From contig CAVTRN010000002.1 of the NCBI GenBank assembly GCA_963737155.1, positions 2,912,001-2,976,000 of the forward strand: 64,000 nt of DNA. The letters run 5' to 3'. Numbering within the stretch: position 1 is the first letter of the stretch; the number at the start of each line of letters is the position of its first letter. The DNA comes from Nitrospirota bacterium (lineage in GTDB: Bacteria > Nitrospirota > UBA9217). The notes under the pieces were generated by a model. The model ran no database searches and was not told where the DNA came from. It saw only the letters and a list, made by a program, of their open reading frames with translations. This document shows, piece by piece, positions 1 to 9,913 of the stretch. Made by a program: the position numbers and the translations under genes.

Positions 1-148
1 GGTTGAACATTCACGAAGTGGAGTCAAGCTTTGAATGGGAGGATTTCTATATGAGAACCATTCTCAGAGATGCCATGCAGACGCATGCGTATATGCCCCT
101 TCCTGCTGCGGGGCAACAAACTGACTCAAAAAATCGGCTGTGTGCAGA

Positions 149-433
149 TTAGGCTTTTGGGGGACGTTCGTCTTGAAAGGCGGTTATGACAGGTTTGAAG
201 AGTAGATTAACAATATCAGAAGTTTCTTGAATAACCAGAGGTATAGGATGAAAAGGGCACTCCTGTATGCAGGGCATGCCTCCCCTTGACGACAGGGCTG
301 GAGTCGTTGAATGACATATGTCAAGATTGCCGATCATTGCATGCCCAACACTGTCGCACTTGAGAGAGAAAGAAGGTGGAATGGCGACGGTGAGAGCGAT
401 AGCTAGAATCACTGTGATAGCTTGCCATTTCAT
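149..433 (-). CDS. Small exported Cys/His-containing protein ending in ERPPKA; DUF2946/CutF/CruR-like leader peptide candidate
   Basis: 94-aa ORF with N-terminal hydrophobic signal (MKWQAITVILAIALTVAIP), ICH and CIQEC motifs, and C-terminal RPP. Confidence 0.6.
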   Translation of the reverse strand: MKWQAITVILAIALTVAIPPSFSLKCDSVGHAMIGNLDICHSTTPALSSRGGMPCIQECPFHPIPLVIQETSDIVNLLFKPVITAFQDERPPKA

Positions 434-439
434 GAAATT

Positions 440-468
440 ATATTATATGTAAAGGTGCATAATGTCAA
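440..468 (-). promoter_or_regulatory. sigma70-type promoter TTGACA-17-TAATAT, probably giving a leaderless mRNA
   Basis: Minus strand reads TTGACA ttatgcacctttacata TAATAT aatttc ATG; -10 is 6 nt before the ATG at 433; no SD. Confidence 0.6.
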
Positions 469-858
469 CGTAAAGTTACAATTTTAACTTAGCGTTAATA
501 AAAGTGGTGCTAATTTGCTGGATAGAAAAAGTTGTGTGGAATACGATGTGGAATCTGTAATTTCAAAATACTGGTGGAGCAGACATCTCCTATATCCCAC
601 TTACGTAATATCAAAACCTCCAATCCCGTTATGACATAACGTCTCATGAAACGACGGAGTTGGTCATCGCGAGAAGGATGTAGATATATCCCAAGTCGCC
701 TGTGCCAGCCGGAACTACCTCCCCTCTACCTGCAAGGAATCGAGTGGAGAACGTTTGGAAATTCTGGCCAGGCAAAAGGATAGCGGGGCTTGCGGCAACA
801 AGCGCAACTCTCCCCCTCGCGGCCCTCACAGGACTCCACAGGCTGCGCTAAAGCACAA

Positions 859-982
859 ATGAACCTCTCCGCAGCAAGCGCCAGGTATCTATAAAAAGGA
901 GGACGATCATCTTTTGAGAAACCTGCGGTTTCTCAACTCTTCCCTCTATACAATTCCCTACAGCAAGCTGCAGGGAATTGCA
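859..982 (+). mobile_element. Three-hairpin dispersed element, copy 1 (IS200/IS605-derived MITE/PATE-like)
   Basis: atgaacctctccgcagcaagc...tatctataaaaagg...ttgagaaacctgcggtttctcaa...ccctacagcaagctgcagggaattgca; closely matches copies at 18749, 21733 and 34838. Confidence 0.75.
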
Positions 983-1294
983 GCCGAAATTTAACGGAAA
1001 CTTCATTTTCTCTTCATATTCCTGTAATATTTCCCCCATATTATATACAGTAGCATAAGAGAATGCCCCATGTTTCGACACTGTATGATTGTCTCCCTTT
1101 GCAAGAACGTAATAAGGGGACCAAAAACCACCCTTTGTTTTAGAGGTCGTCGGAGAAACCGTGAACTGCGCTGCATCTTCATGCTGTGCTAAGATACCCC
1201 CCTTGTTGGAGCAAGGTGTTCAATCTAGGATAGCGCTGATAGTCGTCGAACATTAAGTAATGAATTTGATTCAACCCAATAAGGAGACGCCATC

Positions 1295-1525
1295 ATGCCT
1301 AATCACACGACAACAGATCTTTCACAACACAGTTACAATAAAGACAATGATTTGCACGTCCACGCTATAGACAAACTCGTTCATGAGCTCGGCATCCCGG
1401 CTGAAGAAGTAAACCGGTCTTATCGGGAGGTTCTAGATGATCTAAAAAAAGATGTCAAAGCGAAGGCCACCCTCCCGATCCTCGCAAGCATAGGAGTCAA
1501 ACGACGTCTTCTGCAGAAACAGTAA
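1295..1525 (+). CDS. DUF3562-like small helical protein
   Basis: SD aaggag upstream; pattern AIDKLVHELGIPAEEV..Y...L..L....K....LPIL. Confidence 0.6.
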   Translation: MPNHTTTDLSQHSYNKDNDLHVHAIDKLVHELGIPAEEVNRSYREVLDDLKKDVKAKATLPILASIGVKRRLLQKQ

Positions 1526-1865
1526 TTGGTACGAACTATATGCCATGATGGCATTGTTCAGAATCTTCCGGGACGGGAGGCCTTGTGTCCCAGTACCCAT
1601 GCACGGCAATATTAATTAATAGCGAGCGGTACATTCTTTGTTCAAATCAGCACATATGGTCATGTATGTAGATTATATCGTCAGACAAATTATGCCTGCA
1701 TATAAAAAACAATTTGTCTATGTCAAAATTAGTAAATTTAGCTGATTTAATGCAATTTCTTAGACTCTAGAAATAAACGCGCCTGCATCTGGTAATTATC
1801 ATAGATGCAAATCTTATATAATTATAAAGTATTAGATCGAAGTCAATTTGACCTCACCCCAAATA

Positions 1866-1947
1866 CCCCCTGTACAATAACCCCTTGTAAAATCACACTG
1901 ACAACCCCTGTAAAATCATTGACATCACGGTGCACGAAGTGTATATT
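1866..1947 (+). promoter_or_regulatory. Three direct repeats (cccc(t)tgta(c/a)aat) running into a TTGACA-17-TATATT promoter
   Basis: Repeats at ~1867, 1881 and 1905; TTGACA 1919-1924; TATATT 1942-1947. Confidence 0.55.
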
Positions 1948-2059
1948 CGCTTAAAATATGGCAATTGCGTATGCTGAATAATAGGTTACTATGCTCGCAA
2001 TTTGAATGTATGGTCAAACATAAGCAGCAACTGGTTAAACCTGCGTCTCGCATTCCCAG

Positions 2060-2436
2060 AAAATTGACAGCCTTGACCATCTCGTATTATATAACTAATT
2101 AAGGACATCCAGGTCACTATGATTTCTATTTAAAGCATAGAAATCATAGCCGTCAATGGCAGCCACAAGGCTCTTTTCTTTTGCTGTAGAAGGTCAACCT
2201 GCAGCAACATGAAACAAGATCGCGCCAAAGGTTCAACATCCTGTGCTTGCGCCGCCCGTATGTATTTAATCACTTCAGTTCCCCATTCCAAAGTGGTAAA
2301 CTATCTTTCATCTTGAAAGGTGGCCATAATTGAGGAACCGATTCAGCGCACGGCGGCACAGGTTCAAAGTCGTTGGTTTATTTTCGTGACCCAAACATGA
2401 AACTCAATGGAGGTTTCGAATCGTATATCGGCCTGA
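2060..2436 (+). pseudogene. VOC/glyoxalase family protein, decayed
   Basis: Joining frames gives KIDSLDHLVL..KDIQ..DFY..KAL.F..KVNL....KIAPK.QHP....YLIT....VAIIEEPIQRT..TG...VYFRDP...EVSN; several stops and frameshifts. Confidence 0.75.
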
Positions 2437-2996
2437 CAGCTCGATATCATTCATTTCAGTAGTCGTTTTGCTACTTATCGCATGTAACAGTAATAATCCC
2501 GACCTACCGCAAATAATGGTCATGCTTGCCAGGCCAGTTATGGATAATATCCCTATCATCGATCATCAATCCCCGCAGGGATATGTGTGGCGGACACATG
2601 TGTTAGGCTGTTATAAATTTTGAATAAAAAACTGCAGAGAAGATGTGAAAGGATAGGGCATGGTTGAAGATTTTCGGTCCATTAAAAGATCTAATCGTTT
2701 CGGCATGATCTTGACTTGGTGCAACTCCATGTTCCCAAAAACCTAGTTGTAGCCATTTCCACTGATTCGGGCGGATTTTCTTGAAAACTACCTTTTTGAG
2801 ACAATCGAGCATTTATGCAAGCTCACCGCAGTAGAATGCGAGAACGTAAAAAGAACTGGCCCATATATTCATATTTCTTAATTAATCTTACGAATGCCTA
2901 CTTTAGAGCGTATTTAATCTTGAACTATTTGATAAAGGGACCACCATCTCAGGACCTGCAATCATTGTGGTCTTATGAGTTCCCTCGGAGCATTTA

Positions 2997-4274
2997 ATGA
3001 AAGTTGACACGATGAGAAAAATGGATTATTTTGTCGGCGTGCCTCTGTGCTTTGCGGGGACGATCATAAAGAAGCTGTTCGCCCTCTTTGCGAAACCGAG
3101 GACCGGCTCCCGGCCTGGGAACATAATGTTGATTGAGCTTTCGGAGATGGGCAGCACAATCCTGGCGGACCCGGCGATGCAAAAGTTGAAGCTAGCGTTG
3201 CAGGCCAATATCTTTTTCGTCATCTTCAAGAGAAACCGCCCGAGTTTGGGACTTCTGGGCACCGTCCCGCAAGAGAATATTTACACCATCGACGACAGCT
3301 CGTTCCTTGCGCTCGTTGCCGATGCGGTCAAGCTTCCGTTCTGGTCGCGTCGGAAGGACATCGATACGATCATCGACATGGAGCTCTTTTCCCGATTCTC
3401 CGCATTGCTGACGGGATTTTCCGGGGCGCGGTACACCGTGGGATTTCATGCTTTCCACAATGAGGGGCTGTACCGTGGTGATTTCTTGACGCATAAGGTG
3501 TCCTATAACCCTCACCAGCATATGTCAAAAAACTTTATCGCACTTGCAAACGCCCTGATAAAAGATAAAGCCGAAATTCCGTTCTCGAAGACGTTCATCT
3601 CTGATGATGAGACTAAGCTGCGCAAACTTGATACGGGCGAGCTTGCACAGGAATCGATTCGGCGAAAAATCAAAGAAGTCTTTCCCGCTTATGAAGCGGG
3701 GCTGCACAGGATCATCCTCTTTAATGCCAACGCTTCGGAGTTGCTCCCCATTCGGCGGTGGCCGCAAAAACATTATATCATACTGGCAGGGATCATTTTG
3801 GATAGTTATCCGGATGTGGTCATACTGCTGACAGGAGGCGAGGACGATCGAGCGTGGCTTGAGGCTATAAGTTCAGCTGCCCGTAACGAGCGATGTATCA
3901 ACTTTGCTGGACAGACAAGTCTTGCGGAGCTACCCGCTCTATACTCGGTGAGCGCTTTTATGCTGAGCAACGATTCAGGCCCTCCGCACTTCGCATCGGT
4001 AACCGACATGCCTGTCTTCGTTTTTTTCGGTCCGGAGACTCCAAAGCTCTACTGCCCGCTCGGCAATGCGACGCCGATCTACGCCAACCTTGCGTGTTCG
4101 CCCTGCGTCTCTGCGGCAAACCATCGCAAGACTGTGTGTAGCGACAATGTCTGTCTCCAGGTAATCTCTCCAGAGCAGGTCTACGGCATTGTCCGGCCGA
4201 TGCTGGATGAGATCAAAATTGATAAAGTCATAGAAAGTCAGAAATCCGCCATTGTGGCACACAGAGACAGTTAA
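2997..4274 (+). CDS. Glycosyltransferase family 9 (heptosyltransferase-like)
   Basis: Motifs LSEMGS, RRWP, INFAGQTSLAEL, SNDSGPPHFA, FFGP, CSPC...C....C. Confidence 0.9.
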   Translation: MKVDTMRKMDYFVGVPLCFAGTIIKKLFALFAKPRTGSRPGNIMLIELSEMGSTILADPAMQKLKLALQANIFFVIFKRNRPSLGLLGTVPQENIYTIDDSSFLALVADAVKLPFWSRRKDIDTIIDMELFSRFSALLTGFSGARYTVGFHAFHNEGLYRGDFLTHKVSYNPHQHMSKNFIALANALIKDKAEIPFSKTFISDDETKLRKLDTGELAQESIRRKIKEVFPAYEAGLHRIILFNANASELLPIRRWPQKHYIILAGIILDSYPDVVILLTGGEDDRAWLEAISSAARNERCINFAGQTSLAELPALYSVSAFMLSNDSGPPHFASVTDMPVFVFFGPETPKLYCPLGNATPIYANLACSPCVSAANHRKTVCSDNVCLQVISPEQVYGIVRPMLDEIKIDKVIESQKSAIVAHRDS

Positions 4275-4378
4275 ATAAATTATTAAATTGGTTTACTCCG
4301 AGCCTGCGGTGATCCCATGGTTAATTCAGATTTTTATGGGTTCCTCAGAATTGGCGCAATATAAGGAGCAGTATTATA

Positions 4379-6082
4379 ATGTTCTCATTGGTAACAGAAT
4401 CTCCTGCGCAGGGAGGGTTAGATCAGGGGATCACGAAACGGGACTATCTTTCCATTCTCGTTCTGTGCGCTCTCTGCATCGTTGTTTTGTTCTTTCAACT
4501 GGGCGACAGACCCTTGTGGGATGTCGATGAGGGCATGCACGCCGCAACATCAAAAGATATGGTCTTGACCGGTGATTGGGTCACTACCAAGTCAAACGGC
4601 GTAAATTTTTATGACAAGCCGGTGCTCTTCAACTGGTTTGCCGCAATCTCATTCGTCGTATTCGGGTTCACAGCGTTTGCGGCACGGCTGCCGGCCGCAG
4701 TCCTCGGTCTTGCGACGGTCCTCGTGAGCTACGCGTTCGGAAGGCTATTGTTTGGCTCCCGGGCCGGTCTTCTGGCAGGCGTGGTCCTAGCCACCAGCCC
4801 GGAGTTCATCGTCCTTTCCCGAACGGTGATGCACGACATCTCCCTGGCCTTCTTCATCAGCCTAGCCCTGTATTTCTTTTACGCCGCGTTCAGCAATCAA
4901 CGGCATCGCCGGATACGCCTGTTTCTGTGTTATGCCGCGATGGGTTTCGCCGCCTTGGCCAAGGGGCCCATCGGGCTCCTGCTGCCAGGCATGATCATCG
5001 GTCTCTTTCTCCTAGTAAAGGGCAGACTCAATTTCCTGAAGGAGATGTCCCTGGGATGGGGAACACTTATTTTTCTGCTCGTCGCCGCGCCCTGGTACGT
5101 GCTCATAAGTATGAGAAACCCGGATTATCTATCGTATTTTTTTCTCAAGCTAAATTTCGGGAATTTCCTATCGAATACGCAAGCCCATCATCTCCAGCCT
5201 TTTTATTACTATATTCCAGTCCTGCTTGGCGGCATGCTGCCGTGGTCATGTTTCATACCCCTGGCCTTTCTCCGGCCCCTGAATAGGAAGCTGCAGAAGA
5301 TCGACGATGGTGTACTTTTTCTTCTGTGCTGGTTCCTGGTGATCTTCCTCTTCTTCTCTGTGGCGAGCTCCAAACTCGGCACCTATATCCTGCCTGCATT
5401 ACCGGCGGCTGCTTTGCTGATCGGGAGGGCCTGGCAGGAAATCATGACGACCCCGACTCCCGGCTTGCACCGAGGCACTACCTGGTCCCTCGCACCCCTG
5501 CCAGTTTTCTTCCTGGCGGGTACGGCGTTCATTATGCTGTTCCAACCGCAGGTAATAAAGTTACAACTGCAGTACGGAATAAACCTTCATGACCTGTATG
5601 GTTTCTTGCTTATGTTCACCGGCATCGTGACCGTCGCCTTTTTCTTCCATGTCTTCCGGCATTACCGTGCTTCCTTTGCGACCCTAGCCGCGACATTCGT
5701 CGTGGGGATCATCGTTGTCAACACGGTTTATATTCCCCTTATCAATCCCTATCGCTCTACCCTGGCACTGGCAAAGGAAATGGACGGTATGCTTCCTCCT
5801 GGGGAGAAGCTCGTTTTTTTCGGAAGGATAAGAGATACGGCCTTGTTCTACACGAATCGCAGGGCAGCCATTCTCTCCAGTGAACAAGAGCTGCTGAACT
5901 ATTTCGCTTCAAATAAAAGGGCCCTGTGCGTCATCGACCGGGAACAGTACCAGAAGTTTGAACGCGTGCTCAAATGCTCCTACGTCTTGGGGGAGGAAGG
6001 AGACAAACTGCTCATATCCAACAGACCGACGTCTTTATCTTATACAGCGGGCGGACCGGCAGCAAACTGCCGACAGGAATGA
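4379..6082 (+). CDS. ArnT/GT83-like GT-C integral membrane glycosyltransferase
   Basis: LWDVDEG, GDW..., FYDKP.LFNW, AARLP, LAKGPIG, APWY, HLQPFYYY, SKLGTYILP; multiple TM helices. Confidence 0.9.
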   Translation: MFSLVTESPAQGGLDQGITKRDYLSILVLCALCIVVLFFQLGDRPLWDVDEGMHAATSKDMVLTGDWVTTKSNGVNFYDKPVLFNWFAAISFVVFGFTAFAARLPAAVLGLATVLVSYAFGRLLFGSRAGLLAGVVLATSPEFIVLSRTVMHDISLAFFISLALYFFYAAFSNQRHRRIRLFLCYAAMGFAALAKGPIGLLLPGMIIGLFLLVKGRLNFLKEMSLGWGTLIFLLVAAPWYVLISMRNPDYLSYFFLKLNFGNFLSNTQAHHLQPFYYYIPVLLGGMLPWSCFIPLAFLRPLNRKLQKIDDGVLFLLCWFLVIFLFFSVASSKLGTYILPALPAAALLIGRAWQEIMTTPTPGLHRGTTWSLAPLPVFFLAGTAFIMLFQPQVIKLQLQYGINLHDLYGFLLMFTGIVTVAFFFHVFRHYRASFATLAATFVVGIIVVNTVYIPLINPYRSTLALAKEMDGMLPPGEKLVFFGRIRDTALFYTNRRAAILSSEQELLNYFASNKRALCVIDREQYQKFERVLKCSYVLGEEGDKLLISNRPTSLSYTAGGPAANCRQE

Positions 6083-6101
6083 TAGATAGCAGGCGAAAAT
6101 A

Positions 6102-7169
6102 ATGAATAGCTATTTGGACGAAGAAAAAAATACACCCCTCGCCCCCAGCGAAGGGGATGGCCCGAAGCTCTGGGGCTGGCATTCTCTCGCGAGCATCGCC
6201 ATCACTGTTGCGCTTCTTGTCATTTTGGCGTCGTATGTGGACTTGGCGCAGGTCTGGCGGGAGTTGATCGCCAGCGACAAGCAGCTGCTCGTTCTCGCTG
6301 CGCTCTCACATTACGGCACCTATCCGGTGCGAGGAATCCGCTGGAGAAGAAGCCTGAACCACGTACCGCATCGCTGCGGCAACGCCAGTTTCGGGCTCCT
6401 CGTGTTCTTTTACAATTTTGTGGACAACGTGGTGCCGGCCAAGTTGGGAGACATCTATGCCTCGCACCTTGCTCGCATCAACTGTGGGGTCCGTCGCTCG
6501 GCCGCCCTGGGCTCCATCATTTTTCTGCGTATGATCGATGCATGGCTCGTCCTAATCCTGGCTTTAGGTGCTTCGTGGTACCTTTTCGAAGCGGCGTTCC
6601 CAAAGTCTGTTGCCTGGGCCTTGGTGATCGCGCTTTTGATCGCTCTTGCCTCCAGCTCCGTTATAGTGGTCTTTATCGTACTAAAGCGTGCCGTGCCGGC
6701 TTGGGTACCCGAGACTGTTCGCCAGAGGATTGGCGCTTTTCATACCGGCATGCTGCCGAACCGGGAAGAAATCATTCCCATTCTTTTCCTGACCATGGTC
6801 ATCTGGACAATGGAGTCAATGTGGTTTTTTCTCCTTGCTAGGGCGTTTCATGTGCATCTCAACGCGGGAGAGGCCCTGTTCCTGACCATGATCCCCATGA
6901 TCGTCACTGCGTTCCCTTTAACCCCATCCGGCGCTGGCGCTGTAGAATTGACGCTCTTCAGCTGTCTTCGTCTCGTGGGTGTAGCAATACCGCTTGCTGC
7001 ATCTCTTACTGTCGTGAACCGGTTCATCGATTTCTGGTTGCACATCCTCTTGGGCGCCTTCACGTGGATGATCAGGAGAACGATCCCCCTCCGTACATGG
7101 AAAGACAGCCCAGACAGGGGCGACACGACAATCAATACTACCACCATTGAAAAGGAGATAGCGCCTTGA
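6102..7169 (+). CDS. Lysylphosphatidylglycerol-synthase TM region / UPF0104 flippase-like protein
   Basis: R..RW, NVVPAKLGD, R..D, P.TPSGAGAVE, ..VNR motifs; stop overlaps next start (TTGA). Confidence 0.85.
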   Translation: MNSYLDEEKNTPLAPSEGDGPKLWGWHSLASIAITVALLVILASYVDLAQVWRELIASDKQLLVLAALSHYGTYPVRGIRWRRSLNHVPHRCGNASFGLLVFFYNFVDNVVPAKLGDIYASHLARINCGVRRSAALGSIIFLRMIDAWLVLILALGASWYLFEAAFPKSVAWALVIALLIALASSSVIVVFIVLKRAVPAWVPETVRQRIGAFHTGMLPNREEIIPILFLTMVIWTMESMWFFLLARAFHVHLNAGEALFLTMIPMIVTAFPLTPSGAGAVELTLFSCLRLVGVAIPLAASLTVVNRFIDFWLHILLGAFTWMIRRTIPLRTWKDSPDRGDTTINTTTIEKEIAP

Positions 7170-8584
7170 ACATCCATACCATACAACTTTTGCGCGTCAG
7201 TTCGTCAGTAGACAAGGACGTGGAGCACCCACAGTTCTTCGATCCTCCCTACGCGCTCAAATGCCTCCAGGCCGGCCTAGAAGAGAAGGTGGACCTACAG
7301 GTCCATCTTCTCGATTGCTGGATTAGACCGATGAGCATCTCTAGCCTGCTGGACCATTCGGCATCCATTAGGCCGGACCTCGTGGTCGTTTCAGCATCGA
7401 GCTTCGACATCGACGTGGCCGACCAGTACGTCAATGCCTTGAAGACGCAGGAACATCCGCCCCTCGTCATCGGAATCGGCCAGGGTTTTTATCACCACCG
7501 GGACCGGGACCGGGAACAAACGGAAATGTACGACGCTATCCTGCTGGGAGAACCGGAGCAGGAGTTCTTTCGGCTCTTCGACCAAGTATGCGCTAACAAC
7601 ATGGCCTCGGCCGACTGGAAAACACAATATCGAAAATACTTTGACGACGGTAAACGTTTTATGGTTGAAGAACCGGACAGGCTGATTTTTCCTTCGTACA
7701 CGACCGACGAATTGGCTGCCTATCAATCCATATTCCCGGTACAGATCCCGCATCGCGCGGTCTGGGGTTACCTCGTTGCTACTCGGGGTTGTCCCCATAA
7801 CTGTATGTTCTGCAGTGAAGTGATGCGCGTCAGTACTGGCAAGAAACTCAGAAGCCGCTCGGCCGCTAGCGTGGCCGATGAGATGGAGCACCTGGCCAAG
7901 CAAGGCGTCAACATCTGCTCATTCCAGGACGACAGCTTTTCGGCAAACCGAAAGTTTATGCAGTCTCTCTGCGAGGAATTGATCAATCGCGCATCGAGGA
8001 TGCCCTGGATGGCCAGAGTCCGCGTGGATGAGCTTAACTACGAGTTGCTGGCACTCATGAAGAAGGCAGGCTGCGTCATGCTAGGCATCGGCGTAGAGTC
8101 GGGTAGCGAGCGGATCATTAAGGCCATGCAAAAACAGAGCGCCAACCGCCCATGGATCGAGCTTTGCAGACAGGTCTTCGGCTGGACCCGGGACCTGGGT
8201 ATCGGCACGAACGCCTACTACGTGATCGGGAATCCGACGGAAACAAGGGAAGAGATCGAACAAACGATCCAACTAGCGCTGGAGCTCAACTCCGACAGCA
8301 TCCAGGTCCACTTCTTTACTCCCTATCCCGGTTCGAAGTCCTGGGACATGTATAAAAGCCAGTTGGCCGATTCCGTATCAAAGCAGCTCTACCATTATGC
8401 CCCTCCGCTTCTGTCGTTAGCAGCCATGCCACCCCACGAATTGGTGAAACTGCGCTCAAGCTTCTACAAGCGCTACCTGTTCAGGCCTCGGTTCGCCCTG
8501 CGCCACCTGTGGCGATATGGGTCATTCTACCTGCACAATTTCAACATATTCTGGAGCCTGCTGGGCATCAGAAAAATATTTTGA
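7166..8584 (+). CDS. B12-binding domain radical SAM protein
   Basis: TRGCPHNCMFC (CxxxCxxC), RS...V.DE, FQDDSF, GVESGS, IGNPTET, FTPYPGS; N-terminal B12-binding-like domain. Confidence 0.9.
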   Translation: MNIHTIQLLRVSSSVDKDVEHPQFFDPPYALKCLQAGLEEKVDLQVHLLDCWIRPMSISSLLDHSASIRPDLVVVSASSFDIDVADQYVNALKTQEHPPLVIGIGQGFYHHRDRDREQTEMYDAILLGEPEQEFFRLFDQVCANNMASADWKTQYRKYFDDGKRFMVEEPDRLIFPSYTTDELAAYQSIFPVQIPHRAVWGYLVATRGCPHNCMFCSEVMRVSTGKKLRSRSAASVADEMEHLAKQGVNICSFQDDSFSANRKFMQSLCEELINRASRMPWMARVRVDELNYELLALMKKAGCVMLGIGVESGSERIIKAMQKQSANRPWIELCRQVFGWTRDLGIGTNAYYVIGNPTETREEIEQTIQLALELNSDSIQVHFFTPYPGSKSWDMYKSQLADSVSKQLYHYAPPLLSLAAMPPHELVKLRSSFYKRYLFRPRFALRHLWRYGSFYLHNFNIFWSLLGIRKIF

Positions 8585-8604
8585 TGCAAAAGGAGAAATG
8601 AAGC

Positions 8605-9867
8605 ATGGCAATCATCGGCACCATTCCGCGACGATGCGTTAACCTTCCACCGGGGGCGCTTCGCACACTCATAACCTCTGCACTGACGAACACGGTTCAA
8701 GAGGGCCCGGCGCTCGAGGCCTTTACAAAAAAGTTCAGCTCCTGGCTGGGCGCACCTCACGTGTTTGGAGCCGCCTCAGGTAGGTCAGCCTTTCAATTTG
8801 CCCTGGAATCGCTTGGGCTGGAAAAGGGAAAAGAGATCATCTTTCCTGCCTTCACTTTTCCTGTCATGCCCATGGTTGCCAAGATGCTGGGCTACAAACC
8901 GGTATTCTGCGACGTGGATCCCGTGACATTCAATTCTGGACCGAAGCAGATCGATCCTCTTATCAATGAGCGAACTGGCGCTGTGCTTGCGACCCATCTC
9001 TTTGGCCAACCATGCTTGATCCGAGAGATCGCCGAACTCGCAAAAAAGAAAAATATTCGTCTTTTGGAGGACTGCGCCCATGCCTTGGGAGTGCGCATTG
9101 ACGGCCGCTCTGTAGGAACCTTTGGCGACATTGGGATCTACAGTTTTGCCGAAGGCAAGAACATGCCCTGTTTCGGAGGTGGTGCCATCGCCACATCCGA
9201 TGATGAAATCGCGAAGCGAGCCAGGAACATTCTCGCAAAGGCACCCATGCCCATGAAGGGAAAAATCCTGAAAAAAGCAGCCTTCATCTGGATGCTGTGG
9301 CTCCTGACCCGACCCGAGGTCTTCAGCATAACTGTGTATCCAGTTTTACGCCTCAAACTTCTTCTGGGAAAACCTCTCATGGACTCGGAAGTCGGCGATG
9401 AGCTTCTGAGCACCTTTGCTTCGTCGAATCCCCATATATACAAGCTGGCCAATCTACAGGCAGCCATCGGCCTTCTTCAGCTAGACCAAATCGACGCCTT
9501 TAATGAGGGAGCGAGGCGCAATGCGAGGATACTCTCCGAGAGCCTCAATGGGATAACTAAGATCAACTTTCCGGCCTCGACAACAGGCGACCATATTTAT
9601 GTTTATTACCCTTTGACCGTTGAACCATCAAAGCGAAACGACCTTCGTGCCTATTTGCTCAAAGAGGGCTTCGACACAAAAAATACGGACATGTCCGATT
9701 GTTCCCGGCTCGAACCCTTTTGTGAGCGTGGCGGCACCCCGCATGGCCAAGGTGGCCCCAAGGAAGCCTCGATCCTGGAGATTTGCGTCTATCCCGTGAT
9801 CTCCGGAAAGAACATCAAGCGGCTCGGCCGGGCCATCCGGGCCTGGGCCCAAGACGAAATACGGTAA
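8605..9867 (+). CDS. DegT/DnrJ/EryC1/StrS-family PLP aminotransferase
   Basis: SGRSA, PAFTF, PVFCDVDP, THLFG, LEDCAHALG, GTFGD.GIYSF..GK, GGGAI. Confidence 0.85.
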   Translation: MAIIGTIPRRCVNLPPGALRTLITSALTNTVQEGPALEAFTKKFSSWLGAPHVFGAASGRSAFQFALESLGLEKGKEIIFPAFTFPVMPMVAKMLGYKPVFCDVDPVTFNSGPKQIDPLINERTGAVLATHLFGQPCLIREIAELAKKKNIRLLEDCAHALGVRIDGRSVGTFGDIGIYSFAEGKNMPCFGGGAIATSDDEIAKRARNILAKAPMPMKGKILKKAAFIWMLWLLTRPEVFSITVYPVLRLKLLLGKPLMDSEVGDELLSTFASSNPHIYKLANLQAAIGLLQLDQIDAFNEGARRNARILSESLNGITKINFPASTTGDHIYVYYPLTVEPSKRNDLRAYLLKEGFDTKNTDMSDCSRLEPFCERGGTPHGQGGPKEASILEICVYPVISGKNIKRLGRAIRAWAQDEIR

Positions 9868-9913
9868 GACATTTTATTATTTTTTTGAAATTCGAAAGGA
9901 ACAGAAACTGCGT

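Noticed and set aside
30-114. Minus-strand ccccgcagca...ggggcat...tgagaatggttctca as a fifth copy of the three-hairpin element
   Set aside because: Only short patches match and hairpin 3 is absent; it may simply be leader structure downstream of the RPP peptide.
848-1081. ORFs 848-1081, 18805-19008 and 34633-34866, and the N-terminal extensions of 20990-21808 and 21786-23042
   Set aside because: They are partly translations of the repeat element (e.g. MRNLR.LK.F.L.GD occurs twice), not real coding sequence.
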